DNA of 64,000 nt, taken from Stegostoma tigrinum. Lineage: Eukaryota. The stretch is taken from positions 42,767,517 to 42,831,516 of the forward strand of contig NC_081357.1 in the NCBI RefSeq assembly GCF_030684315.1. Direction: 5' to 3'. Shown here one piece after another: positions 13,386-26,420 of the stretch. A program made the translations under genes and the position numbers. Under the pieces are notes generated by a model. The model made no database searches. It was given only the letters and a program-made list of their open reading frames with translations, and was not told the origin of the DNA. Each line of letters begins with the position of its first letter. Positions within the stretch are counted from its first letter, which is position 1.

Positions 13386-14446
13386 AATATGGTAGAGGTT
13401 ATGGCTTTGGAAGTTGATGATTCAGGAAACTTAGTGAAATTCAAGCGGATCTCCTGTTTATGTACAAAGATTAGATAAATTTTAGCCAAGGCATTTGAAG
13501 AATTTGGCTTCTATTTTTCAAACAGTACTGTCTTATCTTTTACAGCAGCTACACTTCAGCAACAGATGGATTGAAGCCAAGGAAGAGGTTGTGGCCAAGG
13601 CAGAGAAGGGTGATATTATGAAAATTAAAATCCACCTGGAATTCCCTCCCTAATGGCATGGTGGATATACCTACAGCACATGGACTGTAGCAGTTCAAGA
13701 TCAAGAAGGCAGCTCATCACTAACTTCTGAAGGGCAACTAGGGATGAGTAATAATGGTAGCCCAGCCAATGACACCCAAGTCCAACCAGTGAATTTGGAA
13801 AAGTAGGCAGCTTGCGTGATATTATAAGTTTCAGACTGTTTTTTTTTCAGGGAAACTGTGTTAATACTTACTCTCACCTAAAATCATGCAATCACACTTT
13901 CTAGTAATGGCTACCACAAAGGGCTCAGGATTAGAAATATTGTTTATTTCCCACTTGCCTGCCTCACAGTGTTAGGACAGTGAACCCTTCTGGTTTCGGG
14001 GGCATTTAGAAGCATATCAGCTTTTGTCACACGTTAGAACATTCCCTTTTAAGTATAATTCAAGCACCAAGTTGTAATCAAGTACCTAAATGCTTAGAAT
14101 TTAATGTTAGTTATTCAGCTGGAACCGTGGCATTGACTTTGTCGTACACTTAAGTCAAATGCACTTAATGTTATGGTGTAATCAATAAAACACGTGCAGA
14201 ATGAAACACGTCTGCATTTTGAATCAGGTGCGTGACCTTGGAACTGCACTTTCTCTTCAATGCAATTGTGTTAGAATATTTACTGCATGTTAATAGATAA
14301 TATGTGCATTTCCAAACCAAAGAAAGTAAGTGTTGAAAAAATTGCTGAGGAATCCAGGGAAGGAAAGCGGGAAAAAAAACTTATGGAATGAAAGCTTGTA
14401 TAGCATCAAGAGGAATCTTAAAAGACCTGAAGGACATACACAATGA

Positions 14447-15210
14447 GGTTCACCTGCACATCTGCCAATGTGGTATACTGCATCCGCTGTACCCGGTGTG
14501 GCTTCCTCTACATTGGGGAAACCAAGCGGAGGCTTGGGGACCGCTTTGCAGAACACCTCCGCTCAGTTCGCAACAAACAACTGCACCTCCCAGTCGCAAA
14601 CCATTTCCACTCCCCCTCCCATTCTCTTGATGACATGTCCATCATGGGCCTCCTGCACTGCCACAATGATGCCACCCGAAGGTTGCAGGAACAGCAACTC
14701 ATATTCCGCCTGGGAACCCTGCAGCCATATGGTATCAATGTGGACTTCACCAGTTTCAAAATCTCCCCTTCCCCCACTGCATCCCTAAACCAGCCCAGTT
14801 CATCCCCTCCCCCCACTGCACCACACAACCAGCCCAGCTCTTCCCCCCCACCCACTGCATCCCAAAACCAGTCCAACCTGTCTCTGCCTACCTAACCGGT
14901 TCTTCCTCTCACCCATCCCTTCCTCCCACCCCAAGCCGCACCCCCAGCTACCTACTAACCTCATCCCACCTCCTTGACCTGTCCGTCTTCCCTGGACTGA
15001 CCTATCCCCTCCCTACCTCCCCACCCACACCTTCTCCACCTATCTTCTTTACTCTCCATCTTCGGTCCGCCTCCCCCTCTCTCCCTATTTATTCCAGTTC
15101 CCTCCCCCCATCCCCCTCTCTGATGAAGGGTCTAGGCCCGAAACGTCAGCTTTTGTGCTCCTGAGATGCTGCTTGGCCTGCTGTGTTCATCCAGCCTCAC
15201 ATTTTATTAT
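14447..15210 (+). mobile_element. Young 5'-truncated PLE (family A): GIY-YIG, 3'UTR and hammerhead
   Basis: ORF 14443-14895 NVVYCIRCTRCGFLYIGETKRRLGDRFAEH; 12-bp TSD CATACACAATGA at 14435-14446 and 15211-15222. Confidence 0.93.
15120..15147 (+). ncRNA. Minimal hammerhead ribozyme motif (intact core)
   Basis: CTGATGA AGGG TCTAGG CCC GAAA CGTC; GUC cleavage triplet. Confidence 0.8.
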
Positions 15211-15429
15211 CATACACAATGATCACTGGTTCCCAGAACAGAAACACATAAGACACAGTTGCACTGTACAATTCACAATTAAGTGTTCAACAAACACATC
15301 TTAAAGACATTGGATGAAGGCTCATCAATCTAAAACGTTAATTCAGTTTCTCTTCTTGCAAGCTGGCTGAGAACTTTTAGCATTTTCTGTTTTTATTTTA
15401 GATCTCCACAAGCTTTTTTAAAAATTCAT

Positions 15430-15975
15430 TCATTAATGTGAGCATTAGTGAGCAGTAGGGCCAGCATTTATTGCCCAGAGTGTAGTTAAGAGTCAACGAC
15501 ATTGCTGTGGATCCGGAGTCACACGTAGACCAGGCCAGGTAAGGACAGCAGTTTCCTTCCTTAGAGAGCATTGGTGAGCCAGATGGGTTTTTACACCCAA
15601 ACATTGATAACAGTTTTACAGTCATCATTCGACTCTTAACTCCAGATTTCACAGAATTCAGTTTCCACTATCTGCTATTTCCATGGTGGAATTCAATCCC
15701 AGATACCCTGAACTATTAAAAACCAGAAGAACTGTAGAAGCTATAAATCAGGAACAAAAACAAAGTTGCCAGAAAAGCTCAGCAGGTCTGGCAGCATCTG
15801 TGAAGGGAAAAACAGAGTTAATGTTTTGGGTCTGGTTCTGAGGAAGGGTCATCGGACCCGAAACATTTAACTCTGTCTTTTTCCTTCACTGCTGCCAGAT
15901 CTGCTGAGCTTTTCCAGCAACTGGGTCTCTGTATTAATAGTTTCATGATAATATCACTAGGCCATCACCTCCTTA
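15430..15975 (-). mobile_element. tRNA-like SINE (second family) with a nested family-B PLE palindrome
   Basis: Homologous to 17850-18170, 56310-56640 and 63760-63945 (ccatctggttcactaatgtccttt..ggaaa domain). Confidence 0.6.
15720..15922. mobile_element. Palindromic PLE-end element (family B)
   Basis: Inverted arms aaaagctcagcaggtctggcagc / gctgccagatctgctgagctttt; CTGAGGAAGGGTCATCGGACCCGAAAC hammerhead-like core. Confidence 0.8.
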
Positions 15976-16112
15976 ATGCAATATTTTATTCTGTATCACA
16001 GCAAAAATGTCTTCAGCCAATTCTATCTACCCACATGATACACAGTATCAGCTGAGTGCACCAGGTCTTGTAAAGGCTATGGGCTGTGTTCATTGGGTGC
16101 CCATTCTTTTTG

Positions 16113-16950
16113 AATATGCTATTTCAACGAGCCACCACACACTGCAGCACAGAGGAACAACGAAGAGCAGAAGAAAATCACCTATACAGCGTATTCAAAA
16201 AGAACGGGTACCCAATGAACACAGTCCGCCGATTTCTCAGCAACAAACCCAAACAAACAGACAAAACGAGCTCAGAAACCATAACCACTCTCCCCTACAT
16301 CAAGGACATTTCCGAAATAACTGCCAGACTACTCAGACCTCTTGGCATCATTCTAGCCCACAAACCCACCAACACACTAAAACCGCAGCTAATGAACTTA
16401 AAAGACCCTATACAGACAACAAGCAAAACAAATGTCATTTACAAAATACCTTGCAAGAACTGTGACAAACACTACATTGGACAAGCAGGCAGAAAGCTAG
16501 CCACCAGGATACATGAACATCAACTAGCCACAAAACGACATGACCCACTATCACTAGTATCCTTACATACAGATGAGGAAGGACACCACTTTGATTGGGA
16601 CAACACATCCATCCTAGGACAAGCCAAACAGAGACATGCACGAGAATTCCTAGAAGCATGGCATTCCAACTGGAACTCCGTCAACAAACACATCGATTTG
16701 GAGCCCATCTACCATCCTCTGAGAAAAAGAACAGGAAATGACATCACCAATGCAGGAAATGACATTACCAACCTGAGGAAACCTAAACAGAAACAGAAAG
16801 CGGGACATAACACCAGCGCTTCACCGGAGGCTCACTGATGATGTTACCTAGAATGGTGATGAAACGTCTGAAAACTAACCTTCCAGCTCAGCGAGCAAAC
16901 TTACATCCAGAACCTCAACCTGAGCTACAAATCTTCTCAAAACTCACTGA
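16113..16950 (+). mobile_element. Penelope/Poseidon-type PLE (family C): RT thumb, GIY-YIG and 3' end
   Basis: ORF 16086-16838: VFKKNGYP, TLPYIKDISE, NVIYKIPCKNCDKHYIGQ..RIHEH, REFLEAWH; no Cys-rich linker. Confidence 0.92.
16835..16868 (+). ncRNA. Minimal hammerhead ribozyme motif (family C)
   Basis: tca-CTGATGA-T-GTTACC-TAGAAT-GGTGAT-GAAA-CGTC-tga. Confidence 0.75.
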
Positions 16951-17109
16951 TACCCTTGATGTTATGACTGCATTCCAATGTGATAATGAGGAGCACTTGT
17001 AAAATTGAAATCCATTGGAAATGGGAATGGGGAGGTGAATAACGACTCCTCAGTGGGTGGAGTTATGCCCCTTATGTGGACTTGTAATTCAGAAACTGAG
17101 GTTAACGTC

Positions 17110-17850
17110 ATCAAGATGGTAGCAGTGTAGGGCTCCTGTGCTGGGGCTCATCCACTCAGACCACTCTCCTCACATTTTCTCTTCATTTACTGGCTTGCTT
17201 ACTTCCCTTTACTACCATCGATGTGGCAAGGAACCCCAACGCAGGCTGGTGTGAGTCCAGCACAGGCCTCGTGTCGGCAGCGAGTCAGCCACCGATTACT
17301 TCTCTGGGGCAAGCATGGGGCCTGGAATCAAAAATGGCGGATGCTACATTGGTGGAGGGGACAGCGGCGAGGTAGCCCCAGCGGCGAAAGATTGTGCCAG
17401 AGGATCAGCACCTTCATCATCGGTTGGGTCCAGCACTGGCGGTGCCAAAGCGGTGTTGGAAGGGTGTTACAGCCACACCAAGGTGGGCCCAGCGACGAAA
17501 ATATGACCCTGGTTCTGGCAGGTCCAATGTAGGCAGCAGCAGAGGGGAGTCAGCTCAGCAGCAAAAGATGGCACCTGAATGGTGGTGACTTCAGTGTTGG
17601 TTGGGTCCAGTGTAGACGGTGGTGAGGCAGTGGAGGAGGGATGGTGGCACAGGTATTGTTGATGGTGAACTGGCTCAGAACTGATGGACTCTCTTCAAGC
17701 TATATCTGCTTTTTTCTTATTCTAAAGACTACACAAAATGGCGTCTGATCACTGTGAGAGTGAAAAAACCTTTCAATGTATTTTATTGTTTTCCTCACTG
17801 TAAAATACATGTGACAATTAAAACATTCATTCAAAAAATCATTCATTCAT
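17110..17850 (+). mobile_element. Unclassified GC-rich non-autonomous retroelement with Rex/Babar-like tail
   Basis: GC-rich body ending cactgtaaaatacatgtgacaattaaaacattcattc and (attc)n. Confidence 0.4.
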
Positions 17851-18170
17851 AATTCTCTGGGGACATGGTTTCAAATCTTACCAAAGTAAGTGGTGAAATG
17901 TAAACTTAATTAAAGATTCTGGATTTGAAAACTAGTCTCAGTAATAATGGCCATGAAGCCATTGTCTATTTGTCATAAAACCCCATCTGGTTCACTAATG
18001 TCCTTTAAGGAAGGGAATCTGTTAGTTCTTTTCAAGTCCGACGTGTATCTGATTCCAGGTCCATACTAATATGATTGAGTCTTAACTGCCTGGTGAGCCA
18101 TTCAGTTGAGGGTCAATTACCAGTGGGAAGGAATGCTGGCCTTTCCAGCAACACTCCATCCCACAAAAAA
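17850..18170 (+). mobile_element. SINE, second family
   Basis: B-box-like ggtttcaaatc; ccatctggttcactaatgtcctttaaggaaggg. Confidence 0.6.
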
Positions 18171-18199
18171 ATACATTAAGAACAAAACTAGTCATGACT

Positions 18200-18780
18200 G
18201 TTAGACACCAATCATGTCAGCCCCAGGATATTGCTGCAGAGTTGCTTAGGCAATGGATCCTAAGTCCAACCATCTTCTGCTGCTTTACCAATGACCTTCT
18301 CTCTATCATAAAGATCAGAAATGTAGAGTTTTCACTGATAATTGCACAATGTTCAGCATAATTCATAAGTCCTCAGATATAGATACAGTCCATGCTCACA
18401 TGCAGTAAGAACTCTATAATAGTCAGGCTTAGACTGATAAATAGCAAGTAATATTCATGCTGCACAACTGCCAGGCAATGACTGTTTCCATAATGAAGCT
18501 AATCATCACCCTCCAATGACATTCAAAAAGCATTACCATTATTAAATCTACAACTATTAAAATACTGAACATTGCCATTCACAGAAACCTAACTAGGCCA
18601 GTCCCATAAATTATGTAGCTATAAGAGTGGGTCAGAGGCTGGTTGCTCTTGGAGAGTATCTGACACAGACTTTCCAAGGTCTGTCTCCCATTTACAAGGG
18701 ACAATGCAATGGAACTCCTCGCAGCATCAACAACACTCAATATGCTCAAAACCTCCAAACACAACGTGAGAACATCCACT
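18200..18780 (+). mobile_element. CR1/L2-superfamily LINE (second family), RT fragment
   Basis: Reverse complement of the family at 1-690; GVPQGS and FADD-equivalent remnants. Confidence 0.6.
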
Positions 18781-19849
18781 CCAAATGCATTGCAGCAGAT
18801 CAGGAAAGCAGCTCAGCTCCGTCTGCTCAAGGTCAACAGAGGCCAACCTTGACAGAGATACCTGTATTTAAGAATAGTTTTTTTTTTAAGAAAAGCAGAA
18901 ACATTTCCTTCTGTGTGTTCAGTTTGTGCTGTCTTCCCACACAGAATACTCCAATCAGACAATAAAGCATCCTCATTTACTGACACAGCAAACAAATTAG
19001 ATACTTCTATTCAAGTAAATATTACAGTGGTCAGACGACATTTGAAATTTACTATCTCCAGCTTAACTATAAGTTGAAATCCCCAACAATAAGACTACAG
19101 TAGCCTGCCTTGTGATTCCTTTACATTTCCTTCTTGCTTTATCCTTCCAGCTGTCTCTTGTCCTATCTATTTTAATATTCTCAAAACTTGGTACAGTTCC
19201 TGAATCAGCAACTGACCCCAACTAGGATAAGTGCTGTTGTACATATTGCTGATTTGGCTCCTTACTCGTGCTGACACAATGCTTGCTTCACCCCAAGTAT
19301 CAGTCTTGCTGAGCACCTTCCTGCTATGCTGTTGGAATTACATTCTTCAAACCATTCAAGAGTCAGAAAAAAATACCTTCATGATGTGATTCTTTCAGGC
19401 TGGATGCCCTCTTCCCACATGTACACTTTTCAACTCCAACAGGCTCTGCTAATCTTTCAAATCATCCTTCAAGAAACCAAGGTGTGGCTACATGTAACTA
19501 TCAATTACTTCTGTAAAGAAAAATATTACAGCTAGTACCATGCACACAAGACCAGCTGACATTCAAAGTAAAGTTATTAAGTGCACTTAGTTTTGCAATC
19601 TAAACATTAAAGGCACTGATTCCACCTCAGATCAAGCAATGATTCTGGTCATTCACATTTGCTTCAAATGGGGAATATGCAGATCTTGATTTTACAGCCT
19701 CACTATAGAGTTATTTGATGGTGGGGGATGGGAAGCCTCATAAAATTAAATGAGTTCCACGTGCAAACTGATCAGCACTCTCCTCATTGGTTTTCCACTT
19801 GAAATTTAAGGAAATGTTCTGATGAGTACAAAACAGTCTCAACAAAGTG

Positions 19850-19946
19850 TTTTCTGAAAGAGGGTCCAGACCTGAAATGTCAGCTTTCCTGCTCCTTTGA
19901 TGCTGCTTGGCTGCTGTGCTCATCCAGCTCTACGCCTTGCTATCTC
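19850..19946 (+). mobile_element. Single-arm PLE 3'-end insertion (family A, older)
   Basis: ctgaaagagggtccagacctgaaatgtcagc...; TSD TCTCAACAAAG at 19837-19847 and 19943-19953. Confidence 0.75.
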
Positions 19947-21004
19947 AACAAAGGTGACTTTTTTCGGCACTATTCAAAATATAGTGGCTGGTCTTCCCAC
20001 AAACTTTTCACATTGTCTCAATCTGTGTCCTTTGTTACAATAGGCAAGCGAGATCAGCTAACTTACTGAAGCCCTTAAGCTCTTGGCCAATTCATTTCAA
20101 TTCTAAATGCAGCAGGGAAAAGCTGAAGCATGGGTCAGGGTAGCACAACTTTAACTGCGCAGAAAATAGGACTCCACTTCGAGAGACTCCATTGTGCCCT
20201 TTGGAGGTATGCCATCACCCAAGATCATAGCAACCTCACCCCCCTCCCAACCCACGCAGCACCCAAACCACCTCCAAACCCAGCACAGTTATTAGGGACT
20301 GCCAGCTATGTCTGTCCAAAATTTCAGACTTAGCGTTAAGTCTAGGGTCCTTCAGGGACTGCACGTGTTGTCGGCAGTGACCATTTTTCAAACCTGCCAC
20401 AGCTAGCATGGGTGTCCAACACACTTGGCCAATAGATTATGGAGCACGGTGACATCAGAGTGGGTTGACTTGAGGGAATATTTGCTGCTGAAACTTTAAG
20501 AGAAGGGGTATTTGGCTCTGCTCCTTTCAGAACAGCTGGCCAGGAAGAGTGCATAAAGAAATACTACACAATATAAGAATCAAAGCAAGAAATTATGGAG
20601 CAATGAGTGCCCCAGCAGGAGATGATGTGCAGTGTAACAGCTTGGTGTTGGAAAATCCAGGACAGTTGATACCTTGGCATTAGTATCAATATGATTCAAT
20701 TAAAGCTGCTCCTAGTATGATTTTGCTGTGTAACAGTTAAGGCTTGTGTGTCAGGGCAGCTGACAGGCTTTACGATTAGGGAGCAGGGAATATAACATCT
20801 CACAAAGTCCAGGCCATCGTTTGTGCAAATGTGGATCAAAGTAGACAGATGTACAGAAAAATTTAATGTAACTATTATAAAAGCACAAAGGCATTGCCTC
20901 AAAGATAAGTGCATAAAATTGAGGAAGGAAGGGCTGGAGGTAGAATGAGGCCAACTATTTGTAAAATTAGGATAGAAATGATGGAATGTGTGCTTTTATC
21001 GAGT

Positions 21005-21845
21005 CATAGTCATAGAGTTGTACAGCATGGAAATAGACCCTTCAGTCCAACTTGTCATTGCCAACTAGATAGCCGAAATATATCCAGTCCCATTTGCCAA
21101 CATTTGTCCCATATCACACATGCCTTTTAATTGTTGTAATTGTACTAGCCTGCACCACTTCCTCTGGCAGCTGATTCCATACACACACCACCTTCTGCGA
21201 GAAAATATTGCCCCTTAATTCCCTTTTAAATTTTTCCCCTCTCACCGTAAACCTATGCCCCCTAGTTTTGGCCTCCTCTACCCTGGGGAAAAGACCTTGG
21301 CTATTCACTCCATCCATGCACCCCATGATTTTATAAGTCCCTATAAGCTTACCTCTCAGCCTCGGATGCTCTAAGGAAAATAGTCCCAACATATTCAGCC
21401 TCTTCCTTTAGCTCAACTCATCCAACCATGTAAATCTTTCCTGAACCCTTCCAAGTTTCACAACATCCTTCCTAAATCAGAGAGACCAGAATTAAAAGCA
21501 ATATTCTAAAATTAGCCTAACCAATGTTCTGTAAAGCCAAAACATGATCTCTCAACTCCTTTTCTCAATGCACTGAACAATAAAAGCAAGCATACCAAAT
21601 GTCTTCTTCACTATCCTATCTATCTGTGACTCCACTTTCAAGGAATCATGAACCTGCACTCCAAGTTCTCTTTGGTCAGCATTGCTCCCCAGGACCTTGC
21701 CATTAAGCATACAAGTCCTGCCCTGATTTGCCTTCCTGAAATGCAACACCTCGCATTTATCTAAATTAAACTCCATCTGCCACTCCTTGGCCCACTGTCC
21801 ATCTGATCAAGATCCCATTGTATACTGAAGTAACTTTCTTGACCG
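21005..21845 (-). mobile_element. HER1/CR1 LINE 3' fragment
   Basis: MEFNLDKCEVLHF, LGLFSLE..RLRG.LI, TRGHRF; (ctatga)n tail. Confidence 0.9.
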
Positions 21846-22089
21846 TCCTATTTATTTACAATCATCACTAATTGCTTAACAACCCTGGAGAAGGTGGCGG
21901 TGCTTTCATGAACTGCTATAGCCCATGTGGTATAAGTATACCTACTGTGCTGTTAGAAAGGGAGTTCAGCGTTTTTCAATTCCCAACAGAGAAGGACCAA
22001 CAATGGCATTCCAAGTACAAGAAAATTTTCTGTTCAGTATGGGAATATACCTACTATTGAAGGTGCAAATTTTGCCCCACTCTTGGGAA

Positions 22090-22960
22090 ATAAGGCAGGC
22101 CAGGTGACTGAGATGTCAGTGGGAGAGTGACCATAATTCTGTTGGTTCCAAAATGGTGATGGAAAAAGATAGACCGGATCCAAAAGTCAAAGTTCTAAAC
22201 TGGAAGAAAGCCAATTTTGATGGTATTAGGCAAGAACTTTCAAAAGTTGACTGGAGATGGATGATTACAGTCAAAGGTACAGTTGGAAAATGGGAAGCCT
22301 TCAAAAATGAGATAACTAGAGTCCAGAGACAGCATGTTCCTGTTAGGGTGAAGGGCAGGGTTGGTAGGAGTAGAGAATGCTGGATGACTAGACAAATTGA
22401 GATTTAGGTCAAGAAAAAGAAGGAAGTGTATGTCAGGTGTCGACAACAGAGATTGAGTGAATCCCTAGAAGTGTATAAATGCAGTAGGAATATACTTGAG
22501 AGGGGAATCAGGAGGGCAAAAAGCGACATGAGATAGCTTTGCCAAATAGGGTTAAGGAGAATTCAAAGGCATTCTACAAATACGTTAAGGACAAAATGGT
22601 AACTAGGGAAAGAATACGGCCCTTTAGAGATCAACAATACCACCTATGTATGTATCTCCAGGAGATGGGGGAGATATTAAACAACTATTTTCCATCAGTA
22701 TTTATTGTGGAGAAGGATATGGAAGATAGAGATCATGGGGTAATAAATGGTGCGTGTACGGAAAGAGCTGCCATTTGAAGTGGTACAGCCTGGTACAATT
22801 ACAACTTTAAAAAGGAATCTGGATGGTTATATGAATAAGAAAGATTCAGAGGGATGTGGCCAAATGCTGGCAAATAAAACTAGATTTATTTAAAATGTCT
22901 GGTCAGCATGGATAAGTTACATCAAAGAGTCTGTTTCTGTGCTGTATACTTCTAAGACTA
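22090..22960 (+). mobile_element. HER1/CR1 LINE fragment, internally deleted
   Basis: SDHN, LNWKKANFDGIRQELSKVDW, KENSKAFYKY, joined to the 3'UTR. Confidence 0.85.
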
Positions 22961-23772
22961 ATTCTGGATGATGTTTGACTGGGAGGGATCTTAAAGGTTG
23001 TGATATTCCCATGCATCTGCTGCCATTGTCCATCCAGATCGTAGAGGTCATTGGATTAGAAGGTGCTTTGGAAGGAAACTTGTTGAATTATTCCAGTAAA
23101 TCTTGATTACAGTACATGCTAATACAACTGTGTATTGATGTTGGAGACTGTGAATATTGAAGGTGTTAGATAGAAGGAAAATCAAGCAGACTGCTTTGTA
23201 TTTAATGCTGCTAAATGTCTTAAGTATTACTCTAGCTGCACTACTCCAAGTGTGTGTCCTTTTCACATTTATTCATTCGTGTGACAGTCATGGCTGGCTG
23301 CGCAGCATATATTGCCTACACCTAGTTGCCCTTGAGAAGTGGGTGGGGAGGTGCCTTCTTGACCTGCTACATTCCATATGCAGTAGGTTGACAGATAATG
23401 CCATTAGGGAGGGAATTCCAGGGTTTTGACGCAGCTAAAGTGAAGGAACAGCGATATATTTCAAAGTCGCGATGGTGAGTGACTTGGAGGGGAACTTGTA
23501 GTTGTGGTGTTCCCTTGTATATGTTGTCCTTTCCATCAACATGTATATGGTCATGGGCTTGGAAGGCGCTGGGAAAGTCTAAGGATTTTTGGTGAATTTC
23601 TGCAATGCATCTTTTGATAGTATGTGCTGCTGCTATTCAGCATCCTTGGTGGAGGCAGTGCTTATTTGTGGATAGAGTGCCAATTAAGTGGGCTGCTTTG
23701 CTGTGGATGGTGTCAAGCTTTATGAGTGTTGTTGGATCTGCACCTATCTCGGCAAGTGGGGAGTATTCCATT

Positions 23773-23864
23773 ACAGGGTCACCGGGCCCAAAATGTTAAT
23801 TCTGTTTTCTCCTTCATAGATGCTGCTAGACCTGCTGAGCTTTTCCAGCAAATTTGTTTTTGTT
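23773..23864 (+). mobile_element. Single-arm PLE 3'-end insertion (family B)
   Basis: 11-bp TSD AGTATTCCATT at 23762-23772 and 23865-23875. Confidence 0.8.
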
Positions 23865-23994
23865 AGTATTCCATTGCACCCCAACTTGTGCCTGTAAATG
23901 ACAGTCGGGCTTTTGAGGAGTCAGGAAGTGAATTAATCACTGCAGTTTTTCTAGCCTCTTACCTGCTCTTGTAGCCAAAGTGTTTAAACGGTGA

Positions 23995-25090
23995 ATAAAA
24001 ACCGAAATAACTTTTTCCTCAACCAAGGAATCCCCAGCTCCATTGTCGACAGGGCCCTCACTCGGGTCTGACCCATCTCCTGCACTTCTGCCCTCACCCC
24101 TTCTCTTCCCTCCCACAAAAGTGATAAGGTTCCCCTTGTCCTCACCTACCATCCCACCAGCATCCACATCCAGAAGATCATCAGACGCCACTTCCACCCC
24201 TCTAGCAAGATGCCACCACCAGACACATATTCCCCTCCCCTCCCTTGTCCGCCTTCCACAGGGACCATTCCCTCCGAGGCATCCTGGTCCACACTTCCTT
24301 CACCCCCAACACCTCCCCACAGCCCTGTAACCGGTGAAGGTGCACAACCTACCCATTTACCTCCTCCCTCCGCACTATCCAAGGACCCAAATATACCTTC
24401 CAGGTGAAGCAACACTTCACCTGTATTTCCCAGAATCTAGTCGACTGCATTCGCTGCTCACAATGTGGTCTCCTCTTCACTGGGGGAAAAGAAGTGTAGA
24501 CTTGGCGACTGCTTTGCAGAGCATTTGTGCTCTGCTCACAAAAAAGACACTGAAATACGTGTTGCCTGCCACTTCAACTCACAACCCTGCTCTCTGATCA
24601 ACATCTCTGTCTCTGCCTTGCTGCAGTGTTTCATTGAAGCCCACCACAAGCTGGAGGAACAACACCTCATTTTCCACTTGGGGACCCTACAGCCCTCTGG
24701 ACTCAATATTGAGTTCAATAATTTTAGGGCCTAAACTCTCCCATGTCCCAGCCCCCCACCACACACACTAAACCTTGTTACCGCATGGCCTGCCACTGCA
24801 CACTCCCTGTTGTTAGTCACTAACATCCCCATTAACAACTATTCACCCTCCCAGCCTGATTATTAGCAACTCCTTTGTCTGTCCAACTGACTTTCTCTCT
24901 CTTTGGGCTCTATCCTATCGTTTACTCCCTACTCCACCCACCTCCCTACTTTCTGCATATAAACAGATGTTTTCCCAGCCACCATCAGTTCTGAGGAAGG
25001 GTCACTGGACCCAAAACGTTACCTCTGTTTTCTCCTCCACAGATACTGCCAGACTTGCTGAACTTTTCCAGCAACTTTGTTTTTGTTCCA
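23995..25090 (+). mobile_element. 5'-truncated PLE (family B): GIY-YIG, 3'UTR and decayed hammerhead
   Basis: RLGDCFAEHL..VACHFN..KLEEQHLIFHLGTLQPSGLNIEF; CTGAGGAAGGGTCACTGGACCCAAAACGTT at 24991; TSD TGTTTAAAYGGTGA at 23981 and 25091. Confidence 0.88.
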
Positions 25091-25989
25091 TGTTTAAATG
25101 GTGAGTCCAGTTAAGTTACTAGTTAATGGTAACCCCAAGGATTATGATAATGGGGGGTTTGGTGATGATAACACTATTGAAAGTCAAGGAGACAATGGTA
25201 AGATTATCCCTTATTGGAGATGGTCATTGTCTGGTATTTGTGTGGCGTGAATGTCATTTGCCACTTGTCAGCCCAAGCCTGGACATTGTCCAGACCTTGT
25301 TGCATTTGAGCTTCTTCCATTGTTATAAGTATGACACCCACCAATGGACAGTTTTCCCCCAATTCCCACTGACTTCAGTTTCGCTCGGGTTCCTTGGTGT
25401 CACCCTCGGTCGTAAGCTACCTTGATGTCTTGGGCAGTCTGTCTTAATCATCTCTGGAATTCAATTCCTTTGTCCGTGTTTGAACCAAGGCCAGAATGAA
25501 GTCTGGAGCTGAATGGGCTTTGGTGAAACTCAAACTCCGAGTGCCAGTGAGAAAGTCACTGCTGAGCAAGTGAAACTTGACAACACTGTCATTCATCCCT
25601 TCGATCACTTTGCTGAGAATCTTATGTCTAATATTTTAGAACAGGGCAAACCTGGGCAATTTTTTGCACTATTGGATATGTACTGCTTGGCCAGAGGTAT
25701 GGCCAGTTCTGAAACATTAATCTTCAATGCTAGCACCAGAATGTTTTAGGTCCCATTGTCTTGGTTGTTTCCTATGCCTTTAGCTATTTCTTGCTTTCAT
25801 GTGGGTAAATTGAAGACTGGCATCTGTAATGTTGAGGACCTCACAAAGAGGCCAAGATGAATTATCCACGACCTGAGCATTGAGGATTGATATATTTGTG
25901 GATCATTTTGCATTTGTTAATTGTTTAATTGTCCTCCACCATTCATAGGTATCTATGAAAGAATGACAGAACTTAGATCTGATCGATCT

Positions 25990-26420
25990 TTTGAGGAAGT
26001 AATGAGCAAGTACAGGGAAAGGAGAGCTGTCGATGTGATCTATTTGGATTTCCAAGCCTTTCACAAAATGCTGCACAGGAAGCTGCGAAATAATATAAGA
26101 GCCCATGGTGTTAGAGGCAAGTTACTGGCACAGAGAGAAGATTGGCTGATTGGCAGAAGATCAAAATTGGGGATAAAGGGGTCTTTTTCAGGATGGCAGC
26201 TGATAACTAGTAGAGTTCCGCAAGGGTCAGTGTTGGGACCACAACTATTCAAGTTATACATTAACGTTCTAGATGAAGGAACTAAGTGCATAGTCATTAA
26301 GTTCACAGATGACACAACGATAAGTGGAAGGACAGATAATGTTGTGGAACTGGGGAGGCTGCAGAAAGACTTCAACATGCTAGGAGAGTGGGTGAAGAAG
26401 TAGCAGATGGAATACAATGA
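25990..26420 (+). mobile_element. CR1 RT fragment
   Basis: VDVIYLDFQAF, VPQGSVLGPQLFKLYIN, KFTDDT. Confidence 0.9.

Larger units (their letters stand above)
22960..25900 (-). mobile_element. CR1/L2-superfamily LINE (second family) fragments carrying two nested PLE insertions
   Basis: Colinear with 1-690 across the insertions at 23773-23864 and 23995-25090. Confidence 0.7.
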
